Shown: positions 40,355 to 50,745, numbered from the stretch's first letter. The stretch: DNA of 64,000 nucleotides from an uncultured Chloroflexia bacterium (GCA_963712745.1 CAVQJC010000006.1:1-64000); one strand, 5' to 3'. Notes: generated from the letters alone by a model not told the origin. Numbers and translations: made by a program.

Positions 40355-41227
40355 ATGCCGCTCGTCCGCCCCACCGCCGATGCGCCGGCCGGGGTCGCCG
40401 CGGTCGAGGTGGACGTGGTGGCCCACGGTGCCGTGGAACGACGTACCGACTTCGTGACCATGGAAGAACCGCTGGAGGTCAGGCTCGTCCACGGCCCCGA
40501 GGACGAGCGCGCGCAACGCAGCGTAGCGGTGACCATGCGCACTCCCGGTGATGACCTGGCGCTGGCGCTCGGGTTCCTCCACGGAGAAGGCGTGGTGCGC
40601 TCGATGGCGGACGTCACCTCCATCGACCTCGTGAGCGAGCCGGGCCGCGAAGGGGACACCCAGAACATCGTCCGGGTCGAGCTCGCGCCGACGGCGGTCT
40701 TCGACCCGGACAGGCTCACGCGGAACGTCTACACCACATCGAGTTGCGGGGTCTGCGGCAAGGCCTCCCTCGAGGCGGTACGGGTCCAGATCCCCGACTA
40801 CGCTGGCCGCGACAGATTCGCCATCGGCTACGGGGCCCTTGGCGCGCTGCCGGAGCTGCTGAGGGGGGAACAGGAGGCCTTCGCTCATACCGGCGGGCTC
40901 CACGCCTCGGCCACCTTCGACCCGAACGGCCAGATCGAGAGGGTCGCCGAGGACGTCGGCCGGCACAACGCCCTCGACAAGCTCGTCGGCAGCTACCTCT
41001 CGGACGGGGCGCTGCCGCTCTCGGGGCTCGGGCTCGTCTTCAGCGGCCGCGCCAGCTTCGAGCTGGTGCAGAAGGCGGCCATGGCCGGGTGTCCCTTCGT
41101 GGCCGCCATCGGACCTCCATCGAGCCTCGCGGTGGAGCTGGCCGCTGAGCAGCGTATGACGCTCGTCGGTTTCCTGCGTGCGCACCGCTTCAACGTGTAC
41201 ACGCTTCCCCATCGCGTCCTCGTCTGA
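40355..41227 (+). CDS. fdhD: FDH accessory sulfurtransferase
   Basis: 'EEPL', 'MRTPG', 'SSCGVCG', 'TGGLH', 'EDVGRHNALDK'. Confidence 0.95.
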   Translation: MPLVRPTADAPAGVAAVEVDVVAHGAVERRTDFVTMEEPLEVRLVHGPEDERAQRSVAVTMRTPGDDLALALGFLHGEGVVRSMADVTSIDLVSEPGREGDTQNIVRVELAPTAVFDPDRLTRNVYTTSSCGVCGKASLEAVRVQIPDYAGRDRFAIGYGALGALPELLRGEQEAFAHTGGLHASATFDPNGQIERVAEDVGRHNALDKLVGSYLSDGALPLSGLGLVFSGRASFELVQKAAMAGCPFVAAIGPPSSLAVELAAEQRMTLVGFLRAHRFNVYTLPHRVLV

Positions 41228-41240
41228 GCCCCATCGAGCG

Positions 41241-41855
41241 ATGCGCTCCGACGACATCACCGCCATCGTGCTGTGCGGCGGCTCGGGCACCCGCCTCGGT
41301 GGCGTTGACAAGCCCACGGCCCCGATCGAGGGTCATCCGCTGGTCGAATACGTGATCGCCCGGCTCACTCCCCAGGTGGGCGGGGTCGTCATCAGCTGTG
41401 GCCGCGATGCGGCACCGTACGAGGCCCTGGGCTACACGACGGTGGCCGACGTGCGCCCGGGTGACGGGCCGCTGGGCGGCTTCAGCAGCGCTCTCCCCTT
41501 CGTCCAGACCGACTGGATCCTGGCGCATCCCGGCGATGCCCCGTTCGCCGACACCTCGCTGGTCGAGCGACTGGCCCCGGCCGCCGAGGCCGATGGCGTC
41601 GCAGTGCCCCGAGCCGGCGGCTACCGCCAGAACCTGGTCCTGCTCATCTCGCGCCAGAAGGCAGCAGCGCTAGCTCGTTTCTACGAGGGGGGCGGCCGGG
41701 CCGTGAAGGACTGGCTCGACGGAGAGCGAGTGGAGAGCGTGGACATGACCGACGTGGCCGACTCGTTCTTCAACGTCAACACAGCTGCCGATCTGGCGGA
41801 GGCCGCGCGGCGGCTCTCGCGCGGATTGGGGGGCGGCGCTCGTCGAGCAGGCTGA
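41241..41855 (+). CDS. mobA: molybdenum cofactor guanylyltransferase
   Basis: 'LCGGSGTRLGGVDK', 'GPLGG', 'PGDAPF', 'FFNVNT'. Confidence 0.9.
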   Translation: MRSDDITAIVLCGGSGTRLGGVDKPTAPIEGHPLVEYVIARLTPQVGGVVISCGRDAAPYEALGYTTVADVRPGDGPLGGFSSALPFVQTDWILAHPGDAPFADTSLVERLAPAAEADGVAVPRAGGYRQNLVLLISRQKAAALARFYEGGGRAVKDWLDGERVESVDMTDVADSFFNVNTAADLAEAARRLSRGLGGGARRAG

Positions 41856-41878
41856 TCTCTCTCGACCTCAGGCCGGGC

Positions 41879-43276
41879 TCAGGCGTGAACACCCTCGTCA
41901 GCCAGGTCAAGCGCGGCGTCGATGATCTCGAAGGCGTCCGCCATCTCGGCTTCGCTGATCGTCAGAGGCGGGTTGGCCTGGATCGTGTTCCAGCGAACGA
42001 GCGCGAAGAGACCGTGATCGCGGAAGTAGCGGGAGACCTGCTTCATCTCCTCGCTGGTGCCGTTGTAGGGTGCCATCGCTTCGAACGTCGTCCGGTCACG
42101 CACGAGTTCGATGACGCCGAAGAGGCCGATGTTGCGGACCGCACCGACGCTCGGGTGCTTCTCCCTGAGGCGAGCGAGGTGGCCACGCATGACCTCGCCC
42201 ATGCGAGCGGCGCGGTCGATGAGGCCATCGTCCTCGTAGACCCCGATGACCGCCAGGGCACAGGCGCAGCCGACCGGATGGCTGTGATACGTGAGGCCAC
42301 CGAAGAAGGGCTCCTCCTGGAACGCGTCGGCCAGCTCGCGGCGCATGGCCACGCAGCCCAGTGGCACGTACGAGGACGTGAGGCCCTTGCCCATGGTCAT
42401 CAGGTCGGGCACGACGTTCCAGTGCTCGACGGCGAACCACTTGCCGGTGCGGCCGAAACCGCTCATGACCTCGTCGGCGATGAGCAGGATGCCGTACTTG
42501 TCGCAGATCTCACGCACGCCCTGCATGTAGCCGTCGGGGGGGATGAGGATGCCGTTAGCCCCCACCACCGGCTCGAGCAGGAAGCCCGCGATGGTGTGCG
42601 GGCCCTCGAACATGATGACCTCCTCGAGGTCGGCCAGGGCGCGATCCACCGGCTCCGGCTCGGGCCGGCCGTAGCGGTGGGCATCGGGCACACGCACGAT
42701 GGCCGCCGCGCCGATCTCGTTGGCCCATCGTCGTGGGTCCCCGGTGGCCACCATGGCCTGGCCCGTGGCACCGTGGTACGAGCGATAGCGGGCCATGATC
42801 TTCTGGCGTCCGGTGGACTGGCGCGCCAGCTTGATGGCCATGTCGTTGGCGACGGCGCCACCGGTGGTGAAGAACATGACGTCGAGGTCGCCCGGCGTCA
42901 GCTGGGCCAGCTTCTGGCCCAGGCGGGCACGTGGCTCGTGGGCCGCATGCGGGTAGGCGTAGGCGAGCTTCTGGGCCTGGGCTGCGATGGCATCGATGAC
43001 ACGCTGGTCGCCGTGGCCGATGTTCACCGACATGGCCTGCGAGTTGAAGTCGAGATAGCGTTTGCCGTCGGCCGAGTAGAAGTAGACGCCCTTGGCCGTC
43101 TCCATGGCGATCGGTTCGGCCGCGTGCTGGGCCACCCACGAGAACATCGTGTGCTTGCGGGTGAGCGCGATCATCTCGTCCGCGCTCATGGTCGGTGGGC
43201 TCGTCTGGGCCCCTGGACTCGGCTCGGGCGGCGGCGTCCGTCCGGCTTCCCTCTCGGATGCGACCGACATCTCCAC
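41879..43276 (-). CDS. class III PLP aminotransferase
   Basis: 'SYHGAT', 'IADEVMSGFGRTG', 'PDLMTMGKG'. Confidence 0.93.
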   Translation of the reverse strand: MEMSVASEREAGRTPPPEPSPGAQTSPPTMSADEMIALTRKHTMFSWVAQHAAEPIAMETAKGVYFYSADGKRYLDFNSQAMSVNIGHGDQRVIDAIAAQAQKLAYAYPHAAHEPRARLGQKLAQLTPGDLDVMFFTTGGAVANDMAIKLARQSTGRQKIMARYRSYHGATGQAMVATGDPRRWANEIGAAAIVRVPDAHRYGRPEPEPVDRALADLEEVIMFEGPHTIAGFLLEPVVGANGILIPPDGYMQGVREICDKYGILLIADEVMSGFGRTGKWFAVEHWNVVPDLMTMGKGLTSSYVPLGCVAMRRELADAFQEEPFFGGLTYHSHPVGCACALAVIGVYEDDGLIDRAARMGEVMRGHLARLREKHPSVGAVRNIGLFGVIELVRDRTTFEAMAPYNGTSEEMKQVSRYFRDHGLFALVRWNTIQANPPLTISEAEMADAFEIIDAALDLADEGVHA

Positions 43277-43376
43277 ACCTCATGCGAGTACGACGGACGC
43301 CAGACGGCGTCTCGGACGACGCGTCCGACCGCGCCAGGTCCGTCGACGTTGAATCTGCCACGAATGCGCCCGGGCG

Positions 43377-44303
43377 TTAGGCAGGATCGGCCAGCCTACG
43401 TCGGTCGGCCAGCCATCCGAGCATCGCCTCGATCACCCGTGGATCGATGGGCCTCTGCACCTGCTTGCCGTAGTGGCGGGGATTCGAGATCGGGCCCGGC
43501 TCGAGGCGCAGGATGTGATCGACGTCCTCGACCTCCACGACCTGGGCATGCGGCGCGGTCTGCGCCACGACGGCGAGGTCGGCAGGGTCGACCTGCACAT
43601 CCTTGGAGCCGGTGATGGCCAGCATCGGCGCGTCTGCCTCACTCAGCGCCGGCCGAGGATCGTAGGCGATGAACTCGCGCATCCACTTGGCGTTCACCTT
43701 GACCAGCTGGATGCGTACGGTGTCGGCCGTGGTCGCCTTGAGCTTGGCGATGGACTTGTCCTGCTGCTGGAGCACGCTCGTCCCGAAGAGCCGCATCAGA
43801 CCCCGGACGGGCCCCGGGACGAGGTGGTCACCGATCTGCCGGGCCTGCCAGCGCAGCGTCTCCTCCCCTGTCTTGGCCGAGTACGCGAGCAGGACCGCAC
43901 CCGCATAGGCAGGCCTGCGGCGCACGAGTTCTACGGAGTGCAGCGCCCCGGCGCTGTGGCCGATGACGACCACGGAGGCCACCTCTGCTCGGTCGAGCAG
44001 CCAGTCAGCGGCCGCCTCGGCATCGACCAGCTCGTCGTAGAAGCCCGCACTCAGGTAGTCGCCTTCCGACGCCCCCACGCCCCGCTTGTCGAAGCGCAGT
44101 GAGGCCCAACCGGCATCGGCCAGCACGGCCGCCAGATCGCGGCCGATGTTCAGCCGGATACGCTTGTGGTTGCCGTCGCGGTCGAGCGGCCCCGAACCCG
44201 ACAGCAGCAGCGCGCCCGGAAAGGGCCCGGACCCGTCGGGCGTCGCGTACGTCCCGGCCAGAGACAACCCGCCGGACGGGAAGTTCACGTCGGTCTCGAT
44301 CAC
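43377..44303 (-). CDS. alpha/beta hydrolase
   Basis: 'GSGPLDRDG', 'FDKRGVG', 'GHSAG', 'KDVQV', 'DH'; GGGAG RBS before GTG. Confidence 0.9.
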   Translation of the reverse strand: MIETDVNFPSGGLSLAGTYATPDGSGPFPGALLLSGSGPLDRDGNHKRIRLNIGRDLAAVLADAGWASLRFDKRGVGASEGDYLSAGFYDELVDAEAAADWLLDRAEVASVVVIGHSAGALHSVELVRRRPAYAGAVLLAYSAKTGEETLRWQARQIGDHLVPGPVRGLMRLFGTSVLQQQDKSIAKLKATTADTVRIQLVKVNAKWMREFIAYDPRPALSEADAPMLAITGSKDVQVDPADLAVVAQTAPHAQVVEVEDVDHILRLEPGPISNPRHYGKQVQRPIDPRVIEAMLGWLADRRRLADPA

Positions 44304-44320
44304 GCCATCTCTCCCATTGC

Positions 44321-44334
44321 TCTCATAGTTGAGA
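44321..44334. promoter_or_regulatory. palindromic operator candidate in a divergent promoter
   Basis: TCTCA-N4-TGAGA in an AT-rich gap between the hydrolase and HTH genes. Confidence 0.5.
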
Positions 44335-44373
44335 ATCATACCATATGTGATACCAATGGTGTAGAGTGGATCA

Positions 44374-44919
44374 ATGAGCACGCCCACTGCCGAGATCCTG
44401 CTCCATCCGATCCGCCTGCGGATCGTGCTCGCGCTCGGTACCGAGCGACTGACCACCGGCCAGATCTCCGAGCGCCTGCCCGACATCGCGCATGCCACGC
44501 TCTATCGTCATGTCGCATTGCTCGCAGAAGCCGGCTTGCTGGAGGTCGTCGACGAGCACCGGGTCCGAGGTGGCGTGGAGCGCACGTACACAGCAGTCAG
44601 GGAAGCGGTACAGCTGGGGCCCGAAGACGCGGCGGAGATGTCAGCTGACGAGCTCCTCCGGGGGTTCGTGGTCTTCGCCGGTTCGCTCATCGACACCTTC
44701 GGCCGCTACGTCGAGGATCCGCGGGCACGGCCGGGAGAGGATCTGGTCGGGTACCGGCAGGCCGCGCTCTGGCTCGACGACAGCGAGCGCGCCGAGCTGG
44801 TCAGCCGGCTGCGCTGGGCCATCAAGCCCTATCTCGAGAAGGCTCCGTCATCGGAGCGGAAGAGGGTCCTCCTCAGCACCATCCTCGTCCCCGACCTGGG
44901 CCCGCGCCAGGGGGACTGA
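44374..44919 (+). CDS. ArsR-like winged HTH regulator
   Basis: 'LLHPIRLRI', 'ATLYRHV', 'VRGGVERTY'. Confidence 0.87.
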   Translation: MSTPTAEILLHPIRLRIVLALGTERLTTGQISERLPDIAHATLYRHVALLAEAGLLEVVDEHRVRGGVERTYTAVREAVQLGPEDAAEMSADELLRGFVVFAGSLIDTFGRYVEDPRARPGEDLVGYRQAALWLDDSERAELVSRLRWAIKPYLEKAPSSERKRVLLSTILVPDLGPRQGD

Positions 44920-45041
44920 CCAGGCATGCGGAGCATCCGACGACTGGACAACGCGGGGTATGCGCGTCACCATCCGCGACCCGGGGGTGAAGTAGCCGGT
45001 GGCGCGTGGCCGATCCGGCGCGTCGCAGCAGGAGTGCCTCG

Positions 45042-45374
45042 ATGCCGCTCTACCTCTACCACCTGGCCTACACGTCAGAGTCCATCGCAGCCCAGCTACG
45101 GGATCCACAGGACCGGCTGGAGGCAGCCGCCCGGCCCGTGGTCGAGAAGGTCGGCGGGCGGCTGCTCGGTGGCGGGTTCTGCTTCGGCGACTACGACGCC
45201 GCCTTCCTGTATGAGGCCCCCGTCGACGAGTCGGCCGCGGCCATCGCGCTTGCGGTCGGCGCCGGCGGTGCGGTGAGGGCTGCACGCACCACCAAGCTCC
45301 TCTCGAGGCCCCAGTGGGTGTCCGCGCTTGCCAAGGCAGGCGAGGTGGCTGGGGTCTACCAGCCCAGGCTCTAG
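45042..45374 (+). CDS. GYD domain protein
   Basis: 'PQDR', 'FGDYD'; AGGAG RBS. Confidence 0.85.
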   Translation: MPLYLYHLAYTSESIAAQLRDPQDRLEAAARPVVEKVGGRLLGGGFCFGDYDAAFLYEAPVDESAAAIALAVGAGGAVRAARTTKLLSRPQWVSALAKAGEVAGVYQPRL

Positions 45375-45380
45375 CAGTCC

Positions 45381-46034
45381 ATGGAATGCTGCGAGCCCGG
45401 GGGCTTCGTTTCGCCCTTCGATGAGGACGAGGCGCGCCGAGATCGCGACCGGTACCACAGGCGCGGTCCTGATGACTCGACGCGACTGCTGCTCGAGATG
45501 ATCAAGGAGGCTGGCGTATCGGGCGCGACCGTGCTCGACATCGGCGCCGGCATCGGCGTCATCGACCAGGAGCTGCTGCGTGCCGGCGCCAGCCAGGCCG
45601 TCCTGGTGGAGGCCTCGCGGGCACCTCATGAGGCCTCCCGCGCCGAGGCCGAGGCGGCGGGATTGCTCGATCGGATGGATCTGCGGCTGTGCGACTTCGT
45701 ACGTTGCGCCGATGACGTGCCGCAGGCGGACATCGTCACGCTTGACCGGGTGGTGTGCTGCTATCCGGACTCCGAGGGGCTCATCGCGTCCTCCGCCGCT
45801 CGCGCCGAGAAGCTCCTGGGCCTGGTCCTGCCGCGGGATGACTGGTACGTGCGCTGGTTCATCCGCCTGGGGAACCTGTACTGGCGGCTGCGGCGCAGCG
45901 CGTACCGGGCCTACCGCCTCGACAACGAACAGCTCGACCGACAACTGCAGGCGACCGGCCTGACCATCCGGACCGAGAGGTTCACCTGGCTCTGGCGCGT
46001 GGTCCTCTACGCACGCACCGAAGGCACGTCCTGA
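45381..46034 (+). CDS. class I SAM-dependent methyltransferase
   Basis: 'VLDIGAGIG', 'LDRVVCCYPD'. Confidence 0.88.
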   Translation: MECCEPGGFVSPFDEDEARRDRDRYHRRGPDDSTRLLLEMIKEAGVSGATVLDIGAGIGVIDQELLRAGASQAVLVEASRAPHEASRAEAEAAGLLDRMDLRLCDFVRCADDVPQADIVTLDRVVCCYPDSEGLIASSAARAEKLLGLVLPRDDWYVRWFIRLGNLYWRLRRSAYRAYRLDNEQLDRQLQATGLTIRTERFTWLWRVVLYARTEGTS

Positions 46035-46048
46035 CGGGACAGGACGGA

Positions 46049-47284
46049 GTGGACGCCGCTGTCAGTCCCGCCGCAGACCGCTGGAAGCAGCTGGTGCTCA
46101 TCGGCATCGCGGAGCTGCTCGCGCTGGCTCCATGGTTCGGTGCCTCGGCCGTCGCACCGAACCTGGTCGACTCGTGGTCCCTGGGTGGCTTCGACCTGCC
46201 CATCCTCACCGTGGCGGTCCAGCTCGGGTTCGTGGCCGGGGCATTGCTCATCGCCCTGACCGGCGCCGCCGATGTCCTGTCGGCGCCGAGGCTCTTCTTC
46301 ATCGGTGCATCGGTGGCGGCCATCGCGAACATCGGCTTCGCGCTGGCCGGCGACTTCCAGGGTGCCCTTCCCTTCCGGGCACTGACGGGCTTCGCCCTGG
46401 CTGCGGTGTACCCCGTGGGCATGAAGCTCATCGTGGGCTGGTTCCGCGTCGATCGAGGACTGGCCATCGGGGCCCTCATCGGCGCGCTCACGGTCGGCTC
46501 TGCGTTGCCCTATCTCTTCCGCGCCGCCGGCACCCTCGCCGATCTCGACTGGCAGTCGGTCGTCGCGGTCTCCAGCTTCTCGGCCGTACTTGGCGGCCTT
46601 CTCGTGCTGGTTGCCGGACGAGATGGACCCTACGACGAACGGGCGGATGGGTTCAGCCTGCGTTCCGCGCGGGCTGCATTCGGCGAACCGACCGTGCGGC
46701 TGGCCAACCTCGGCTATCTGGGTCACATGTGGGAGCTCTATGCCATGTGGACATGGATCCCGGTCTTCCTGCTCGCGAGCTTCGCGGCCGCCGGTGTCGA
46801 CGATCCGGCGGTGGCCAGTCTCGTGGCCTTCGTGGTGGTGGCGCTCGGCGGCGTGGGCTCCATCGTTGCCGGACTGCTGGCAGACCGTCTTGGCCGGACT
46901 ACCCTGACCATCGCGGCCATGGCGCTCAGCGGAACCGCAGCCGTGGTCACTGCGCTCACGTTCGGGGCAGAACCGCTGCTCACCACGGTCGTAGCCATCG
47001 TCTGGGGTGTGACCGTCGTGGCTGACTCCGCGCAGTTCTCGGCCGCGGTCACCGAGCTGACGCCGCCGGGGACGGCCGGCTCCGCGCTCACGCTGCAGAC
47101 TGCGGCCGGGTTCACGCTCACTGGCGTCACCATCCTGTTGGTGGGGTTGGCAGCCACGGCCGGCGGTGATGCCTGGCGCCAGGCCTTCATGACCTTGGCG
47201 CTGGGCCCGGCGGTGGGCATCCTTGCCATGTGGCGGCTGCGCCGACGTCCAGAAGCGACGAGGATGGCGTCAGGCAACCGTTAG
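46049..47284 (+). CDS. MFS transporter
   Basis: 'VYPVGMK', 'GHMWELYAMW', 'ADRLGR', 'DSAQFS'. Confidence 0.92.
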   Translation: MDAAVSPAADRWKQLVLIGIAELLALAPWFGASAVAPNLVDSWSLGGFDLPILTVAVQLGFVAGALLIALTGAADVLSAPRLFFIGASVAAIANIGFALAGDFQGALPFRALTGFALAAVYPVGMKLIVGWFRVDRGLAIGALIGALTVGSALPYLFRAAGTLADLDWQSVVAVSSFSAVLGGLLVLVAGRDGPYDERADGFSLRSARAAFGEPTVRLANLGYLGHMWELYAMWTWIPVFLLASFAAAGVDDPAVASLVAFVVVALGGVGSIVAGLLADRLGRTTLTIAAMALSGTAAVVTALTFGAEPLLTTVVAIVWGVTVVADSAQFSAAVTELTPPGTAGSALTLQTAAGFTLTGVTILLVGLAATAGGDAWRQAFMTLALGPAVGILAMWRLRRRPEATRMASGNR

Positions 47285-47373
47285 CCAGGCGCCCCGGGCA
47301 TGTCTGTCGATCTGGTGCGGTCCGTACCATGTAGCATGCGCCCCTCGGGAGACCCTGAGGGAGGCCCGAGCCC

Positions 47374-47556
47374 GTGAGAGCGACCGTCGACCTGATGCTG
47401 GCGATCTTCTGCATCGGCACCGACATGTCCGTCGTGGCCGCGCTCATCCCGGAGATGGCACGGGACCTGGGGGAGTCCGTGCCGGCACCGGACATGCTCG
47501 TCAGCGCCTGTACCCTGCTTGCGGTGGACTGTGTGGCGGAATGCGCACCGGTATGA
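47374..47556 (+). pseudogene. eroded 5' fragment of a DHA1-type MFS efflux gene
   Basis: 'LAIFCIGTDMSVVAALIPEMARDLGESV...LVSA' resembles MFS TM1-TM2, then stops. Confidence 0.55.
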
Positions 47557-47587
47557 GAACGAGACCTGTCACGAACGGAGCGACTCC

Positions 47588-47896
47588 ATGAGCACTATCG
47601 GAAACAGTTCGCGCAGTCTCACCTCACAGGTGACCGGGGCAAGCTCGGGTTGCTCGCATCTCGACCAGGCCCGCGATGTGGAGCCCAGGACCGTTGGTTG
47701 CGAGGAGTGCCTCGCGACAGGGGGGCAGTGGGTCCACCTTCGCCTCTGCCTCTGGTGCGGACACGTGGGCTGCTGCGACCAGTCGGAGGGCCGGCACGCC
47801 TTCCACCATTTCGAAGAGACCGGCCACGCCATCATCCGCTCGCATGAGCCAGGGGAGGTCTGGGCCTGGTGCTGGATCGACGAGATCGAGGTCTAG
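47588..47896 (+). CDS. UBP-type zinc finger protein
   Basis: 'CEEC...WVHLRLCLWCGHVGCCD...HAFHHF...WCWID'. Confidence 0.9.
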   Translation: MSTIGNSSRSLTSQVTGASSGCSHLDQARDVEPRTVGCEECLATGGQWVHLRLCLWCGHVGCCDQSEGRHAFHHFEETGHAIIRSHEPGEVWAWCWIDEIEV

Positions 47897-47972
47897 CGCA
47901 AGCGCGCCTTCTCACCCACCGGACCGACACGCCGTGAGCGTGAGAGCACGGATGCTGGCAGGCTAGACAGCC

Positions 47973-49448
47973 ATGCGACCGATCCTGGCCGGCCTCATCG
48001 TCTTCGGTACCAGCGCTGCGGTCCTGGCCCTGGAGATCCTGGCGGTGCGGCTGCTGGCGCCCCACCTGGGTATCACGCTCGAGGTCACGACCGGGGTCAT
48101 CGGCACCGTCCTGGCCGGCATCGCGCTTGGCACCTGGCTGGGAGGGCGCCTGGCCGACCGGGTCGACCCACGTCGGCTGCTGGGCCCCATCCTCGTCGTC
48201 GGCGGAGTGCTGGCGCTGGCGGTGATCCCCATGATCAGCCTGGCTTCCAGGACGGGTGTCGGCCCCAGCCCGCAGGGCATCCTCATCTACGCAGGCGCTG
48301 CCTTCTTCCTGCCCGCCGCCGTCCTCTCGGCGGCCAGCCCGACCGTGGTCAAGCTGCAGTTGCACCACCTTGGGCAGACCGGCGCGATCGTGGGCAGCTA
48401 CTCGGCCATCGGCACGACCGGTGCCATCGTGGGTTCGTTCCTGACCGGTTTCGTGCTCGTGGCTGCCGTCCCCACCAGACCCATCGTGGTGGGCATCGGC
48501 CTGGCGCTGATCGCAGCCGGGCTGGTCATCGCCTGGCGGCTGGGTCGGGCGAATGGCAGCGTGCTGCTGGTCGTCGGGCTCACCGTCGCGGCCGCCTCCG
48601 CCGCGTGGGCCGTGGCTTCACCCGAGCCCTGCCAGCGCGAGAGCGCCTACTTCTGCATCAGTGTCGAGGAAGTATCGGCCGACGGCACCGAGCGGGTCCT
48701 GCGCATGGACACCCTGCGTCACGCCTACGTGGACCTGGACGACCCTACCCACCTCGAGTTCCAGTACACCCGGCTGCTGGGCGACATCGCCGACGCCGCC
48801 GCCCCTGTGTCCCAGCCCATCTCGGCGCTGCACGTGGGCGGAGGAGGGTTCACGCTGCCGCACTACATCGACGCGACCAGGCCGGGCTCGGTGAATCGCG
48901 TCCTGGAGCTCGATCCGGTCGTGCTCGACGTGGCGCAGGAGCAGCTGGGCCTGGTGCTCTCGGACGAGCTCAGCGTGGTCGTCGGTGATGCGCGCCTGAG
49001 CCTGGCCGATGAGCCCTCGGATACCTACGACCTGGTCATCGGCGACGCGTTCGGAGGACCGGCCGTGCCGTGGCACCTGACCACGATGGAATTCGTGTCG
49101 GAGGTGGGCCGGACCTTGCAGCCCGGGGGGATCTACGCGGCCAACATCATCGACTACCCGCCACTCGAGCTGGCCCGTGCCCAGCTGGCCACGTTCGCCA
49201 GCGTCTTCCACCACGTTGGCGTCTACGGGCCGGCGACACGCGTCGAGGGCACCAGCGGCGGCAACCTCATCCTGCTCGCATCGGACCAGCCGCTTCCCGA
49301 GGGTGCGCTCCTCGAAGCCAACCGGGCCCGTGGAGGTACCGATCGACTCACGGACGCGGACTCGGAGGTGGCCGAGTTCACGCGGGGTTCCCCCATCCTG
49401 CGCGACGACTTCGCACCGACCGACCAGTTGCTCACCCGCTTCAGCTAG
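47973..49448 (+). CDS. fused MFS/spermidine synthase-like protein
   Basis: TM N-terminal half 'LEILAVRLLAP'; C-terminal 'HVGGGGFTLP', 'ELDP', 'GDAR', 'DAF', 'HLTT'. Confidence 0.9.
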   Translation: MRPILAGLIVFGTSAAVLALEILAVRLLAPHLGITLEVTTGVIGTVLAGIALGTWLGGRLADRVDPRRLLGPILVVGGVLALAVIPMISLASRTGVGPSPQGILIYAGAAFFLPAAVLSAASPTVVKLQLHHLGQTGAIVGSYSAIGTTGAIVGSFLTGFVLVAAVPTRPIVVGIGLALIAAGLVIAWRLGRANGSVLLVVGLTVAAASAAWAVASPEPCQRESAYFCISVEEVSADGTERVLRMDTLRHAYVDLDDPTHLEFQYTRLLGDIADAAAPVSQPISALHVGGGGFTLPHYIDATRPGSVNRVLELDPVVLDVAQEQLGLVLSDELSVVVGDARLSLADEPSDTYDLVIGDAFGGPAVPWHLTTMEFVSEVGRTLQPGGIYAANIIDYPPLELARAQLATFASVFHHVGVYGPATRVEGTSGGNLILLASDQPLPEGALLEANRARGGTDRLTDADSEVAEFTRGSPILRDDFAPTDQLLTRFS

Positions 49449-49513
49449 CGGCTGCCGCGCGAGAACCCCGCGTCACAGGCACATCGGCGGGTTCCGGTTA
49501 CTCTGCGCGGGCG

Positions 49514-50677
49514 ATGTCAGATACCCCCGGTTTCGATCCATACGAGATCCTCGGCGTCGGCATCGATGCGGACGAGATCAGCATCCAGCTCGCGTATCGG
49601 GTCCGCATCCGTGAGGCACACCCGGATATCGCGGGGACGGCCGGTCTGGAGACGACGAAACGCCTCAACATCGCCCGCGACTGGCTGCTGGACTCGGAGC
49701 TTCGGGCACGCCTGTCCAGGAACCGGCCGGCCGTGACCCGGCCCGATGCTCGTGGGGCGGCGGGCGGACCTCGGCCGTGGAGCCCAGCCAGACGGCGCGG
49801 TCGGCGGGCCGGTGGCGCCGGCCCGGTCGACCTCGATCCTGAAACCTCGGACTTCGGCCCCCACACCGGCAAGCTGCGTGCCTTCCTCCGCGCTGCCGAG
49901 TCGCTGACGGCCGACGAGCGAGCGCGAGTCAACTACAGCCTCGGAGAGGCTCGGCCCGCCGACCTCGAAGGCTACCTCGACCATCTCGAGCCGCAGCTCT
50001 GGATGCGCTCGCGGGCCCTGCGATCCGCGCTCGAACGCCGTTGGAGGCGAGGGTCGGACGAGGAGGCACCGAACGTCCCGCGGCTCGGTCGGCTCCTGCC
50101 CACGGGCTTCCTGGCGGCCAACGCCTACGCCCAGTGGATCCTGCTGGGAGACTTCTTCCGAGAGTCGCTCGCGGGCATGGTCATCGGTGGCCGGGACGTG
50201 GCCGGCTCGCTGGCCGCGGGATGCATGGCTCCCTGGGACGCGTCCGTCGGCCAGCCCCGCTACGGTCCCCGGCAGCCCGACGTGCTCGCCTTCTTCGGGG
50301 TCGCCCGCGCCCTCCCGGTGGGTGCCGCTGAGCGACTCGCTGGCTCCTGGCGTCGCCAGCTGGGACGCGATGGGCGTGGTCATCCGTCGGAACACATCGG
50401 GCCCGGCGTGTGGCTGCCGGCTCCGCCCAACTACCCCGACGTGCTCAAGGTCAGTGGCTTCCTCGCAGCCGTGGACGCCTCACGCATCGAGCCCCCCGGG
50501 GGCCTCGACGAGCGACACCATGCCGGGTTCACCTTCGGACTGCGGCTGACCGCCCACGTCCTGGCGCTGGGCCTGGTCAACGACCCCTCGCGCGACTACC
50601 TGCGCCCCTGGCGAGACGCGCTCGATGCGGACCCGTCGCGTTGGAGTCAGCTGCGCTGGCAGATGCCGACGGGCTGA
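49514..50677 (+). CDS. J-domain protein (class C) with an unknown C-terminal region
   Basis: 'DPYEILGV...AYR...AHPD...LNIARDWL'. Confidence 0.82.
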   Translation: MSDTPGFDPYEILGVGIDADEISIQLAYRVRIREAHPDIAGTAGLETTKRLNIARDWLLDSELRARLSRNRPAVTRPDARGAAGGPRPWSPARRRGRRAGGAGPVDLDPETSDFGPHTGKLRAFLRAAESLTADERARVNYSLGEARPADLEGYLDHLEPQLWMRSRALRSALERRWRRGSDEEAPNVPRLGRLLPTGFLAANAYAQWILLGDFFRESLAGMVIGGRDVAGSLAAGCMAPWDASVGQPRYGPRQPDVLAFFGVARALPVGAAERLAGSWRRQLGRDGRGHPSEHIGPGVWLPAPPNYPDVLKVSGFLAAVDASRIEPPGGLDERHHAGFTFGLRLTAHVLALGLVNDPSRDYLRPWRDALDADPSRWSQLRWQMPTG

Positions 50678-50745
50678 CACCGACCCAGGGCGGGCGTCGT
50701 GCGATCATCTGTCGCCGGCGCCGGGGCGCTAGTGTGTGCGGCAAC

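Noticed and set aside
41885-43615. 576-aa plus-strand ORF (and similar ones at 35951-37519, 18616-20001, 23154-24692)
   Set aside because: Antisense to well-supported genes.
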